This document shows, piece by piece, positions 51,335-63,232 of a DNA stretch of 64,000 bases. Every line of letters starts with the position of its first letter. Position 1 is the stretch's first letter. The DNA is from Rhizophagus irregularis (lineage: Eukaryota). A program made the position numbers and the translations under genes. The notes beneath the pieces are model-generated. The model saw only the letters and a program-made list of their open reading frames with translations, ran no database searches and was not told the origin of the DNA. Location: the NCBI RefSeq assembly GCF_026210795.1, contig NC_089433.1, positions 1,054,001 through 1,118,000 on the forward strand, read 5' to 3'.

Positions 51335-53651
51335 ATGACTAAATATTATTGGATTATAGCTCAACATTCTGAGAAAGTTCTTGAAGTTGAAAATGCTTCT
51401 ATTTTTCAAGGTGCTAAAATCATTCAAGCTTCTAAGAAATTCGATCATGACCCCACCGTAAAGTGTTTAATCTAATATATTAATAAAGTGATGTGATTAT
51501 TGATTATTAACTGGCCTTTTCCCCTTTATGTTTAGGTTGATGCGCAACTCTGGTATTTTAATGGAGCATTTATTACCAACAAAAGAACTGGGTTCGTGTT
51601 CGATGTTGCTGGAGGTATTAAAGTAACAAATACGATTTAACTATTTGAAATCAAAATTTTCTAACCTCTAAATCCAATTCTTTGTTATTTTTACTAAACA
51701 AGCGAAATATGAAAATCGTGAGTAATCAGTTAGTTCAGTTTCGTAAAATATTATTATTATAATAAATCTTCGATTGACATTTTCAATATTTGTAAAGGTA
51801 CACGAATTATTCAATTCGTAAGATATGCCGAATCTTGTGCCGCTCAAGAATGGGAATACAACTATGAAGACAAAACTATCAGTTTGAAACATAATCGAAA
51901 ATTTGTTCTTGATGTTTTGGTAAAATGTTATTGAAATTACTTGAGATATTAGAAAATAGAGATGGTAATAATATTAATTTTAAATTTCATCTATTTTTAC
52001 AGGATGCAAAAAAAGATAACAATGCCTCAATAGTCCTGTTCGAAAAGCATGGTCGCGAGAATCAACAATTCATTTTGCAAAAGTGGGATGATGATTCAAT
52101 GGTCATTGAAAACGTAGCAACAAGCATTATTGACAATTTTAAATTTTTACCAAAATTATCACAAAATTTCCTTGAAATTTTAGATGATGATGAATATTAT
52201 GATGTTAATATTGAAGTTGGTATTAACCCTCATGTAAAAACATATCACGCTCATATGGTTATTTTAAATTACCGTTCTCCTTACCTACGAAGAAAGTTGT
52301 CTACTAATAAAAAAAATAATGATGGGACTTTGGCACGTATTGAACTACCCAATATTTTACCAGAAATTTTTGTGATAATTTTAAGGTAAAATCTAATTGA
52401 ATCAATGTATAATTAATTTATTTTTATCATTATATTTTTAATCTTAAAATATTGTATTTTTTATGTTTTAGATACATTTATAGCGGAAAACTTACTTTAA
52501 AAGAAATTGATCCATTAGACATAATTAAATTACTAGTTGCCGCTAATGAACTAAGTCTTCAGGAGTTAGTTACCTATATTCAATCCTTTTTAATTGAGAA
52601 TAAAGTAAACTGGATGAAACAGAATTTTGTTTTGATATATCAAACAAGCTATGAAAATGACTTTTTCCTGGATCTTCAAAAATTTTGTAATGATTTAATA
52701 TCAAATGAACCAGATAAAATATTTAATTTGCCAAATTTCGCTTCAATTCCAGAAAAACTTTTGGTTTCAATTATTCAAGATGATAATCTTCAAATGAGCG
52801 AAATTCAAGTTTGGGAGCAAATACTTAAATGGGGAATTTCTCAAAATTCAGAAAAACTTCCCTCTAACCTTAAAGACTATTCAAAAGAAGATTTTAATAT
52901 TTTGAAGAACACCTTAAAACGATGCATCCCATTTATTAGATTTTACAATTTAACTTCGAAAGAATTTGCGCATAAAATACATCCTTATAAAAAGGTTTTA
53001 CCAAAAGAATTATATGAAAATCTATTATTAAGTCTTTTGGATCCTGATAATAAGAAAGGTGAATCAAAACCTCGTATAACTCGAAATATTGATTCAAAAA
53101 ATATTGATTCTAATATTATTTCATCTAAACACGTTGAATTAATCTCAAAATGGGTTGATAGATCAGAAATTACTGACAAGTTAACTTCTCCATATGAATT
53201 CAAATTATTATTTCGTGGATCCCGTGATGGATTTTATCCTGATAAGTTTCATGAAATTTGTGATTTTCATTCTCGCACTGTAGTCATTGCTAAAGTGAAA
53301 GGTAGTAACGAAATTCTTGGAGGATATAATCCGATTGCATGGAAATCTGTTGATAGATATCGATATAGTAATACTAAAGATAGTTTTATATTTTCTTTTA
53401 ATAACAACAACATAAATGATAATTATATTTTAAGTCGTATAATAGATAATCGCCATGCTGTAGATAATAGATCTTACTATGGTCCATCATTTGGTAATGG
53501 AGACCTTATTATATGGGGAACAGATATTAATACGTTTAGCAGTTATTGCTATGTTTGTAAAAATTCTTATGAAAAATCGATTAGAGAAACTGAAGATAGA
53601 TTTTCCGTTGAAGAATATGAAGTATTTCAATTGATGAAAATTTATTCATAA
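51335..53651 (+). CDS. Ricin-B lectin (CBM13)-BTB-BACK-TLDc protein, copy C, 6 exons, apparently intact
   Basis: MTKYYWIIAQHSEKVLEVENAS...AQLW...micro-exon 51703-51717...AQEW...NQQF. All GT-AG junctions preserve frame into the 51925 and 52452 ORFs. Confidence 0.92.
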
Positions 53652-54762
53652 TTTTTTTACGCAAGGAAATAAATAAACTGAATAAACTGTCTTTTATTTA
53701 TTTATTAATTGTCCGAATGAAGAGAAAAATACTCATTTATGATTTTTAATTTTTTGGTGACATATCCATATATTTCTTTTCCATTTGAAGATTTCTTTGT
53801 TCTCATAAAGACCACAAAAATTTCCATTCATTATTTCAGTATATGCTGAGACGCAATCACGGCTATCAATAAAATTCTGATAATAATGAATCAATAAAAT
53901 ATGAAAATTTCCAGCATTATGAATATCTAAAAGTCCTCTTGCAATATATTGTAATTTATATTATCAATTTTCGATTTATAATTTATATAGTTTTTAGATT
54001 CAATTAAATAATTTCTCAAATTCCATCTATATGCCTAAAACTAAAAACAAAGAGGCAATGATTCTTTTGAAAAAACTTTGATAATAGAGCATATTTTTTA
54101 AAGCTTTATTCTTTTTTTTTTTAAAGAAAAAATATATATATAGTATGTAATCAAAACATCCCGATTTCATTATTATGAATAATAAAAAATAAATTCATAA
54201 ATACCAGTTTTATGATAAAATTATATCAAATATCATTTTTTTTTAAAAAAAAAAAAAATTGAAACCCAATTTTTCGTTATTTAAAAAATTCTTTAGAACG
54301 AATTTATTAAATAATAACAGCTTGCAGTACATAATTCTAGCCTTGATATTCTTTTATATTAGGAATGCTCTAACTTTTTTCGTTTTAGGTACAAGCATCG
54401 GCCTGGATCTTAACAATTCTCTTTTTAAGGGGTATATACAGCTCAATCATCATAATTCTATCGAAACTTCATTTGCATGCGAATGAAATTAGCTAATCGG
54501 ATAAGACCCGTTTTTATTCAACATCTGAGTTAATTTAAACGTTGTTTTTTAACTAAAATTGAAGTAGACATACAAAGGATATTCATTAAAATGGCTTTTT
54601 TGAAGGGCTTATTTTTTGTGCAATAGTGATCAACACGACGTGTGACTTGTACAATTGGTTAAATGATTTTCCGTTTGCCAATAAAATAATTTTACTCTGT
54701 GAAAATTTTGTGATATTCCCTTTATCTTTTAGCAGCAACTTTTCTATTGAATTATCTTAAAA

Positions 54763-57098
54763 ATGACTAATTATTATTGGATTATAGCCCAGCATTCTGG
54801 GAAAGTACTTGAAGTTAAAGATGGCTCTTTTTGTAGTCTTGTTGAAATTGTCCAAAATACTAAGAAATCTGAGCTTGACTCCAATGTAAATTGTTGCACA
54901 ATATTCTAATAAAATAGTGTATTATAGCGTAACTATAATCTATTAATTGATTTATTCCTTTTATCTATGTTTAGGTTGACATGCAACTCTGGTATTTCAA
55001 TGGTGGATTTATTACGAACAAAAGAACTGGCCTTGTGCTTGACGTCGTCGGAGGTAAGTAATATGATTCAATTATTGAAATCAAGTTTTTCTAATTTCTA
55101 AATCGAAAAAAATTTCTTCCTCACTAATCAAGGGAAATTTGAGAAATGTGAGTAATTATGTTTAGAAAATAAAATTTTTGTTTTTTCCAATTCCACATAC
55201 ATTTAACGTATTTCAATTTTCATAAGATACGAATATTGTTCAAGACCAAAAGCATGCTGAACCTTCTCGCGGTCAAGAATGGGTATACAATTATGCAGAC
55301 AATTCTATCAGTTTGAAATTTAATCGTAATTTTGTTCTTGATGTTGCGGTAAAAATGCAATTTAAATTGCTTTTAATTGATATATATAATATTGGAGATC
55401 GTAATAATAATTTTTTTTTAAACTTGTATTTTTTATAGGCGGCGAAGACTGATAATAATACTAACATTCAATTGTGGGAAAAGCATGGTGGCAAGAATCA
55501 ACAATTCAATTTGCAAAAGTGGGATGATGGTTCAGTAGTTGTTAAAGATGCAGTAACGAACATTATTGACAATTTTAAATTTTTGCCAAAATTATCACAA
55601 AATTTCCTTGAAATTTTGGATGATGACGAATATTATGATGTTAATATTGAAGTTGGTAATAACCCTCATGTAAGAATATTTCACGCTCATATGGTTATTT
55701 TAAGTTACCGTTCTCCTTACCTACGACGAAAGTTGTCAACTAATAAAAAAAATAATGACGGAACTTTGGCACGTATTGAACTTCCCAATATTTTACCAGA
55801 AATTTTTGAGATAATTTTAAGGTAAAAACAAATTGAATTAAGATACATATTTATTAATTTTTTTTTAACAATATATTTTTAATTTCAAAAGCATTGTACT
55901 TCTAATTTTTTTTAGATACATTTATGGCGGAAAACTTTCTTTAAAGGAATGTGATACGTCAAATATAATTAAATTACTAGTTGCCGCTAATGAACTAAGT
56001 CTCCAGGAGTTAGTTATCTATATTTAATCCTTTTTAATTGAAAACAAAACAAACTGGATGGAACAAAATTCTAATTTGATATATCGAACATGCTTTGAAG
56101 ATGATTCTTTCTTGGATCTTCAACAATATTGTAATGATTTAATATCTAATGAACCTGATAAGATATTCAAATCACAAGATTTCACTTCAATTCCGGAAAA
56201 ACTTTTAATTACGGTTATCCAAAATGATAATCTTCAAATGAGCGAAGTGCAAGTTTGGGAACATGTACTTAAATGGGGAGTTGCTCAAAATCGAGAACTT
56301 TCCTCTAAGAACCTTAGAGATTATAAAGATTATTCAAAAGATGATTTTAATACTTTGAAGAATACCTTGAAGCAATATATCCCGTTTATTCGATTTTACA
56401 ATTTAACTTCTGAAGAATTTGCATATAATGTACATCCTTATAAAAAAGTTTTACCAAAAGAATTATATGAAAATTTATTATTAAGTTTTTTGGCTCCTAA
56501 TAACAAGAAAGGTGAATCAAAACCTCGTATATCTAGAAATATTGATTCAAAAGATTTTGACTCAACAATTATTACATCCCAACATGCCGAAATAATCTCA
56601 AAATGGGCAATTGGATTAGAAATTACTGATAAATTAAATTCTCCATATGAATTCAAATTATTATTTCGTGGATCCCGTGATGGATTTTATCCTGAAAAGT
56701 TTCATAAAATTTGTGATCTTCAATCTCGTACTATAGTCGTTGCTAAAGTGAGAGGCAGTAATGAAATTCTTGGAGGATATAATCCGATTGCATGGAAAAC
56801 TGTTGATAGATATAATAATACTAAAAGTAGTTTTATATTTTCTTTTAATAATAACAACATAAATGATAATTATATCTTAAGTCGTATAATTGATAATCGC
56901 CATGCTATAGATAATAGATCTTACCATGGTCCATCATTTGGTAATGGAGACCTTATTATATGGGGATTAGATATTGATGCATTTAGTCATTATTGTAGTT
57001 CTTGTAAAAGTTCATATGAAAAATCGATTAGAGAAACTGATGATAGATTTTCCGTTGAAGAATATGAAGTATTTCAATTGATGAAAATTTATTCATAA
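54763..57098 (+). pseudogene. Ricin-B lectin-BTB-BACK-TLDc copy D with a single nonsense codon
   Basis: Exons and splice sites are intact, but CAA (Q in YIQSF) is TAA at 56025-56027. Confidence 0.85.
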
Positions 57099-58429
57099 AT
57101 TTTTATACGCAAGGAAAAAAATAAATTGTCTTTTATTTATTTAATCGTCCGGATGAAGTTGCAAAATACTTTCTCACAAGGACTACAAAATTTTTCATTC
57201 ATCATTCCAGTATATGCTAAGACGCACGTTTTAATAAATCCTACATTTTTCATCAATAAAATTTTGATAATAATAAATTAATAAAATTTTCTGGATTTAA
57301 TATATCATAAGAACTTTATATGCTTAAAACCTAAAAACAAAAAGGCAATTTTATAAGGCTTTATTCTTTTTTTTTTATAAAAAAAGTATATATAATCAAA
57401 ACATCCTGATTTCATTATGAATAGCTAGATGAAGAGATAGAAGATCTCACTATTATTACGGAAATGATAGCAATAAGTTAGTAAAGGAATCTTTTTTAAT
57501 AATAATATTTTAACAATAAATCATACCTATTTAAGGCACTAGCAAATGTCATAAATTATATGTATTACGATATATTCAATAAAATGAATAAATTATACAA
57601 TAATTTCAAATTATGTTATGATATAAAAATTTTTATTGCCTGAATCAGATTTGACTTTCACGTTGTGATGGCTAAGCATAAAAGTTTTTTGAGGCATTTC
57701 ATTGGCAAAATTTAGCACAGGGACGCAGTAAACTTGTGAAAGAAAACCATCTTTCTTATGTTATAAAGACTGTTACTATATTCAAAATACAAACTATTTT
57801 TCACCAAATCGAGACAATTACCCTAACCATTATTCCTTTACCAACCGGCTATGCAGAAATTATTACGAAAAAACTAAGCGATCAAATGACCTAACATCGC
57901 CACCGAAAAGTGTTAACAAATATTTACAAAATTTTAGTGTTGAATATAAAAAAATTTAACTATGGAGGACAAATACGAATTAAGCGAAAAACTGAATATA
58001 TATTTGGAATAGTATGATCACACTAATATGCAAAACTAGAAAACATATACTATAGTTCATAGGAACTTTAATCCCTCAAGAATTATTTTCATTCCCACAC
58101 TCAGAAATCACAATTAAAAGTATGTTTTTAGAAGAAAATTATTTTGCAAATCAGAAACAGCCCGAAGCGACGATGTTGTACATCATATATCGGACGGAAC
58201 AGCGGAACATTTTGCGCCAATCTGATGACTTTTATGGACCTGCAACCAAATTTCCACTTTTATTTTGTTACACTTCCATGGAATTCTATTCTAAAATTCC
58301 AAGAAAATTCTATTAATAGCATATGATGAATATTTAATAGTTATTTTCGTGAGTTTAACTTTCCTTCTTAAAATATATTGAACCATGGAAATTATACTAA
58401 GATTAATATCTAGCGCTATTCAAATTTTG

Positions 58430-59900
58430 ATTTTCCCTTTTAGTATAGATAAGGATTTTTCTGATTGTATAAATGTATACTCGTATACAGTACAAGTTCA
58501 CAAAAATATTGCAAAAATTATAATGGAAGCGGAAAACATTTGTATACACAAAACATAACGTTTGAGAATTCATATTTTAGACAAATAGTCACTAAGAATT
58601 CATTTTATATTAATAATAAATATTTAAATTACGTAAATTATGTTGTAATGATTGAAGTACTATCATTTGTTCAGTTTGTTATTTAATCTCTTTCACATGG
58701 ATAGAATTTACTTCTACTTTTCAGTTCTTTATCTACCATCATAATCAATGTATAGTTTGTGATACAAAACTAGAATTAAATCAAATTGTCAAAAATGGTG
58801 CTCAAATTGCTTTATAATTTACACTGGGTGTAGATATTGTTTAACAACAGATATTATTTTTAGAATTACGGAAAAATTTCAACGTATGAAATGTAAGAGA
58901 ATATCATGGATTGATATCAGCATGCCACTTGATATGAAGATTATTGAAGAATATTTTCTAAAACTCAACACATAAATTTAATCAAATTGCTAATTATGTG
59001 AATAATATTGATAAAAATTCTAATCAATTAGAGATATATAGTTTATAAAGAAGCTTAGAATTAATTTTAATATATATTCTCAAATAATTGTAAATTTAGA
59101 AAATAATGAAGATTATTTAACTATGCCAATTATGTTAATTCCTTTTAATAATAACGAAGATCAATGTTATTTTTGTGAAAACATCTATTCTGAAACCCTA
59201 TTCAAACAAAAGTATTGCGATTTTGCTTATATTGGTACATTAATTATACTACTAGTAATTTGAATATTAAATGTGAAATTTATAATTTGGATGTATGTAT
59301 AAGAACAAATAATACTAATTGTGATAAACCTGATTTTTGCACTCAAATGGGTGCGAAAATTACTCTGAAATTTTATATTTCAAAAAAATAGTCACAAATC
59401 ATCAGCAGTTTGATTTTAGTAATAAGGATTATTCTATTGAAAAAAACTGTAGATTATTTAGAGAATTAGTTTACAAGCAAAATGTACGAGAGGAATTTAG
59501 GTTGTACTCCAATTGTTATTCAATTTCTTTTGAATTTATAGAATCAACTTTAGTCAAAAATCATCATGTTCCAGTTCTTCATTTACCATGGTGGGATGCT
59601 TATAATGGATGTATGATTTAGCAACAAATATTATTTTTGGATTTATTAATCAATTTCAATGTAAAAGATGCAAAAGAATTGTAAAAATAGTTTTATTGGC
59701 ACCATCATTGATATTAGTGGAAATTATAATATAGATGAATTTCTTTATTTTACGAAATTTACCATTAATCAACTTGCTGATTATGTTAATAATATTAACA
59801 AAAATTCTAATCCATTAAATATATATAAGAATAATTTTGCTTCGAAACTGAAAATATAGTGGGTTCCATATTCTCAAATTACAAATTTAAAAGAAATACA
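58430..59900 (+). pseudogene. Decayed N-terminal Cys-rich region of a Glomeromycota-type kinase gene
   Basis: Fragments QKYCK, FKQKYC, ISFEFIESTL...VLHLPWWDA, ISGNYNIDEF and KI*WVPYSQITNLKEI (compare EWIPYNELSNIKY before the kinase at ~16050), with many stops and frameshifts. No catalytic core seen. Confidence 0.7.
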
Positions 59901-60629
59901 CAACAAACACTTCCAATATTGTCAGTGAGTTAAAAAAATTTAATAAAAGAACAATTAAATTCCCAAACCAGATTTTATGATAAAAATTTTATTTGTCTGT
60001 TAAATATTTTCATTTTTTAATAAAATTATTTAGAATGAATTTTCGTTCTTGGATAATGCCGTTCCAGCAGCTGACAAAATGTAATTTTAATCCTGATATT
60101 TTTTTGTTAGCTATCTATCACCATATATCGAATGCTAATGAATAAGCTCACTATCTAGATAAACCCATTTGATGTAATATCTGGTTAATTTAAACATTGA
60201 TATTTTCTAGGAAAAAATTGGACAGTTTGATATATTATACTAGTACATTGAGCATTATTTGCAAGCATCATACTTAATATTGCATATAAAAAAGCGCTAA
60301 ACTTTGAGATTATGATAGATTGTCTCAGTCTTTTACAATATCACATGATTACAGGTCATCTGTTAATTCAAATTATTGGATATAATTTACGTACGCATAT
60401 CACATTATCACATAAATTCGGTAAATTACAAAATATTGCTAAATCAAGTAATTGGCGTAGTGTTGGTTTGTTGTGAAACGTTACTTGTTCATCTCACGGA
60501 ATGATCATTCCGGTTTTTTATTTATTTGGAATTTATTTTTTTAAACTTTAAAATTTTTTTTACATTTTAATATTGCGAAAACTATAGTTAAGGATACAAA
60601 CCAATTATAAGAAATTATTTTGGTAAAGA

Positions 60630-62114
60630 ATGTCAAAACTCAACAAAGATATTCTTTTCTTAATATTTGAAGAATTACGAGATGATTCCAAATCCCTCTT
60701 TTCATGCCTAATGGTCAATAGACTTTGGTGTGAAACAGTTATTCCGATTTTATGGAGGAATCCTTGGTGCTATGATATTAAATACAGTAATAAAAATTAT
60801 CTATTTATAATCATTTCTTCTTACTTGTCTGAAGATATTAAAGAATCCCTAACAAGACAAGGAATTCAATTACCGTCAGTTACATATCAACCACTTTTGT
60901 TTGATTATTTATCTTTTTGTAGAAGTATTAATGTAAATACTTTAATTACTATAACTTCTATTGGATCATTTTTAGCTTATAATCAATTTATTTTACAACA
61001 AGAATTTTATAACCTCTTTATGAAGAAATTTACAGAATTAAAGTATTTGGATATGAGATCAATTAGACATCAAATATTTTATTTTCCAGAAGCTAAGTTT
61101 CGCTTCGAATCACTTTGTGAATTAAAATGTGATACATCAGTTGATTCTTCATATTTTTATGGATTGGCGTATTTATGTCAATATATACAGCGGCTCATCA
61201 TCATTAATACAAACCCAAGTGATTATTATGGGGCTTCTAAATTAATTGAAGTCCAGAAAAATTTAAAGTATTTTGAATGGAAGGATGATCATTGTATATA
61301 TGCTCCTGGGCCAGATAAAGATTCTTACAAACAGATTCTTTTTTCATTAGAAAAAAGTGCGAATATTATCAATCATTTAAGTTTAAACTTTATGTTTATT
61401 GATCGCACATCGAAAAAGGTACTCCCAAAACTTCATAAATTAAAAACATTGGCATATAATTTTAGTGATTTTAGTGAAGAACAATTAAAAATGTGTGTTT
61501 ATCGTGATCTTGAGATCCTTAAAATAGATCATTGCGATTTAAAAGCGGCTTCTATTATAATTGAAAATAACGGAGGACATCTAAAGAAAATCTTATTGGA
61601 ACCTTATGATTTTGATAAGCATGATGTTGATAACTTCAACGAAGAATCTCTTATTTTTATACGTAATATTCATAAAAATTGTCCTTCAATTGAATATTTG
61701 TGTCTTATATTTTCACCATCAAATGAGCATTTTACCGAACTTGAAAAGTTATTAAAAAATTGCAAAAATTTGAAATCATTATTATTAGTTATGTTTGATT
61801 ATACATATTATGAAGAATTGACTCATGAAGAAATTTTAGAATATGGAGAGAATTTATTAAGAATACTAATTAGTTCAGCACCGACAAATATAAAAGAATT
61901 TAGATTTTGTGGTGATTTTGAATTCACTTTAGAAGTCTTAGAAGAATTCTTAGAAACATGGGAGGGTTGTACACTTTCCATACTTACTTCCAATTATACT
62001 TATGAAGGAGAGGATTATAAAAAACTGATTAATAAATACAAAAATAATGGAGTAATCAAAGAATTTAGACATGAAACTTATAAGAACGTAGTAAATATGG
62101 ACATTAAGATATGA
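60630..62114 (+). CDS. F-box-like / RNI-like LRR protein (494 aa)
   Basis: MSKLNKDILFLIFEELRDDSKSLFSCLMVNRLWCETVIPILWRNPW, an LRR-like body and the C-terminus LEEFLETW...KYKNNGVIK. Confidence 0.93.
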   Translation: MSKLNKDILFLIFEELRDDSKSLFSCLMVNRLWCETVIPILWRNPWCYDIKYSNKNYLFIIISSYLSEDIKESLTRQGIQLPSVTYQPLLFDYLSFCRSINVNTLITITSIGSFLAYNQFILQQEFYNLFMKKFTELKYLDMRSIRHQIFYFPEAKFRFESLCELKCDTSVDSSYFYGLAYLCQYIQRLIIINTNPSDYYGASKLIEVQKNLKYFEWKDDHCIYAPGPDKDSYKQILFSLEKSANIINHLSLNFMFIDRTSKKVLPKLHKLKTLAYNFSDFSEEQLKMCVYRDLEILKIDHCDLKAASIIIENNGGHLKKILLEPYDFDKHDVDNFNEESLIFIRNIHKNCPSIEYLCLIFSPSNEHFTELEKLLKNCKNLKSLLLVMFDYTYYEELTHEEILEYGENLLRILISSAPTNIKEFRFCGDFEFTLEVLEEFLETWEGCTLSILTSNYTYEGEDYKKLINKYKNNGVIKEFRHETYKNVVNMDIKI

Positions 62115-63232
62115 GTAATATTTTAATAATATCACATTTTGGAATCAAATGAATGTATTAATATATAACAACTATCATATTAAGACCAAGTATTATTAAA
62201 CGATTTTAACCTTCAAAATTTTCATTTAATATACGTTGCACTTGTGGGTTTAACGTTGTCAATTTTATCAAATTCCATATTTAAACATTTTTGCTTAAGC
62301 TAATTAGTTGTACTTTGAAGCATTATTTATGGTCGCACAGAACAATCTAATTTGGCCAGAGTTTGGTTCAGTTGTTTAGGAATAATTAATTTATTTATTA
62401 TCTTTTTAAAAAAAAAATAAATTGTTCAATATCATAAATATCATACAAATGTTGTATTTGATAGCATTTCCTGTCGCATTGTTAAGTTTATGTTTCATAA
62501 CTAATGCCATTAAATCACCATATGCTTCACTTGAGTGATTAACATTAATTTCTGGTTGGATTCTAGGTATAAAATAAAGATTAATTTAGAACTGGTTTCA
62601 CTATTTCTGTAAAAAGAATGTTTAAATATTCTTTGAAGTACAATCAAAATCTCTCTTTTCATGTCTAATGTGTATACATATTGTAAATATTTAAGTATTA
62701 TAACCTTCAAAAATTTTGTAGATTTAATTACGAAATTTAATATTTACTTCATTTCACAAATGTAAAAATTTTGTCTATAAATAATCTTAACTCTCATTTT
62801 TTTTAATGCTTTATTTCTGTTATCCAACGACTCCTAATAATAATTCATGATTTTTTTCTTGATATTCTCACAAATAATATTTATTTAAAAGATGGATAAA
62901 AAGTTTGTCAATATTGGATAAAAAAATCTATCAATGTTATAATAAGTCTATCATTATTTAGTTTAAAAAGGTACAATATGTTTGGAACGCGTGATACACT
63001 GATACACATGAAGTATTTGACGTAATTGTTTTTGTTCTGTGAAACATTGTTTGATCATCAATTATCTTGTGCTCCTAATTTGGTTAATTAGCCGGAATTT
63101 AATTCCGTCGATATTTTATTTAATTGGAACTTATTCAATAATTTTCCTTGCCGATTAATATTTCAATACTTTGAAAGAATATATTTACTAATATCCCATT
63201 AAAAAAGATTTTTTTATTTTTTTAGACAAAGA

